Source: Marsupella aquatica (taxonomy: Eukaryota; Plantae; Marchantiophyta). Taken from it: DNA of 64,000 nucleotides. The stretch spans positions 1,068,917-1,132,916 of the forward strand of contig OZ316892.1 of the NCBI GenBank assembly GCA_973895155.1, written 5' to 3'. The notes beneath the pieces are model-generated. The model made no database searches. It saw only the letters and a program-made list of their open reading frames with translations, and was not told the DNA's origin. Of this stretch, positions 62,704 through 64,000 are shown in pieces. The number at the start of each line of letters is the position of its first letter. Positions within the stretch are counted from its first letter, which is position 1. The position numbers and the translations under genes were made by a program.

Positions 62704-64000
62704 CTCTGATCATGTGTTTCCCATTGTCACAATAGGTTTGTCTTATCCCAGAATCGGGATCCCGAGTGTAATTTAAATCGTTTGGAAACCCCAAAGTAAG
62801 CTGGAGCAGGTATATTGGGTGACACGAAGGATGAGCCAGGTAGTGTCGACAGGGACTGGGACGTTGGATTTGTGATTCTTTTCCCCCTGTTGATCACATC
62901 TAGGTGTTTTCAGTCTTGGAGGCTTACTACACATGTCGTATTCAGGGTTTGCACACATTTTATTGTCGAGGGATAAGATACAATGTTTGTCAAGAGCTCC
63001 CTTTCGTCCAGCTGTTTCATCAATGGATCGCAGTGATTAGACCTTTAAGCCAAAGGTCTAACACAAATTCGTTAACAATCACTCGGCATTCCATTTACAG
63101 TTTGTATTATTGGTGGCATGAGAGAAAGCTAGTAATCTGGGTGGGGCCAATCTGCACGAAGAAATATGGATCCATGTTACCTGAACAAGGTGTTCATTGG
63201 ATGCTGAATGTAAATCCAAGTTTCCTTTGTCCAGGTACTCAGTGTTCCTGTGAATCCATGGACACATTCCAGGACACGAGAACGACATATGAGATGACCC
63301 CAATGTTGAGGACACGGACGTAATTTTTGGAATCATAGCCTCGTGCCCATGATGGTGCGAGGTTAGGAATGACCCATCATAGGCATGCCCAAATTTCCGG
63401 GTTGACAGTGAAGAATTAGTCAGTTTTCTGATTTCCTATGCAACAATTATCTATCTACCATCTGGAATAGAAAGGTGCCTAACGCACTGCTGTCAGATAG
63501 CTACAGTACATAAGACCTTTGGTTAGTAAATGAGACCGTGGCACAAGGCAAATTTCAATCTAGAACCGTGGAAACGCAACAAAACTCAGTTTGGACCTTG
63601 CGACTTCTCATTGAGCGATAGTTGTATTTTTCTCCAACCTGTAATCTGTGAAGGGCCCAAATTAAGATAATCATGAGTACTGGTGATTTCCGATTCTAAG
63701 TCGTACACCTCAACCTTTTTATCCTGCAGTCCAAGTGTTGCATGCAACAATGGCGCCCCAGCTGCATGAGATATCTTTGTTGAGGAGTGAGCTGCATCGG
63801 TGGCGAATCTTCTACTTGCTTACTCTTTTTCCTATAAGATGTTGTTTGGGTAGCTTGGGTATCTTGGACAAGTGCCCTACATACCTGCCAAAATAGGGAT
63901 CTAATATATAACCATTTCATGGAGGCAAAAGTTGGGTGATATTTGTTGGGGGAGGCGCCCCTCCCCTCCCCTACCTGCTTACATGATGTCGTCAAGAATG

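Noticed and set aside
63696-63995. 99-aa minus-strand ORF at the window end
   Set aside because: No recognisable motif or splice support.

Overview
Eukaryotic land-plant nuclear DNA, shown by spliceosomal introns including a U12 AT-AC intron, a Pol III tRNA and plant-type genes. Bryophyte, possibly liverwort, is my inference. The left ~44 kb is transposon-rich. It holds a degraded minus-strand Ty3/Gypsy element with an extra 3' ORF (~1.4-10.3 kb), then an intron-containing pseudogene fusing a ParB/Srx-like domain to a bacterial-type beta-class N4-cytosine/N6-adenine DNA methyltransferase (~11.1-14.8 kb). A convergent EDM2-like triple-PHD-finger pseudogene (~21.4-22.2 kb) was its immediate neighbour before a Ty1/Copia insertion (15222-21429, TSD ATTCC). 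Further right are an intronless membrane-anchored host gene and a nested Copia-in-Copia pair (30581-43642 containing 36574-42972) whose LTR ages are inverted. The right ~20 kb holds tRNA-Arg(UCG), an unassigned repeat-domain gene with a paralogous pseudogene, a PAQR/HHP gene and SPCS2. HHP and SPCS2 are divergent, and each sits directly outside one arm of a ~1.8-kb inverted duplication. The best candidate for a novel system is the ParB-amino-MTase plus PHD reader module in mobile DNA. All domain calls are by eye from motifs; no searches were run.
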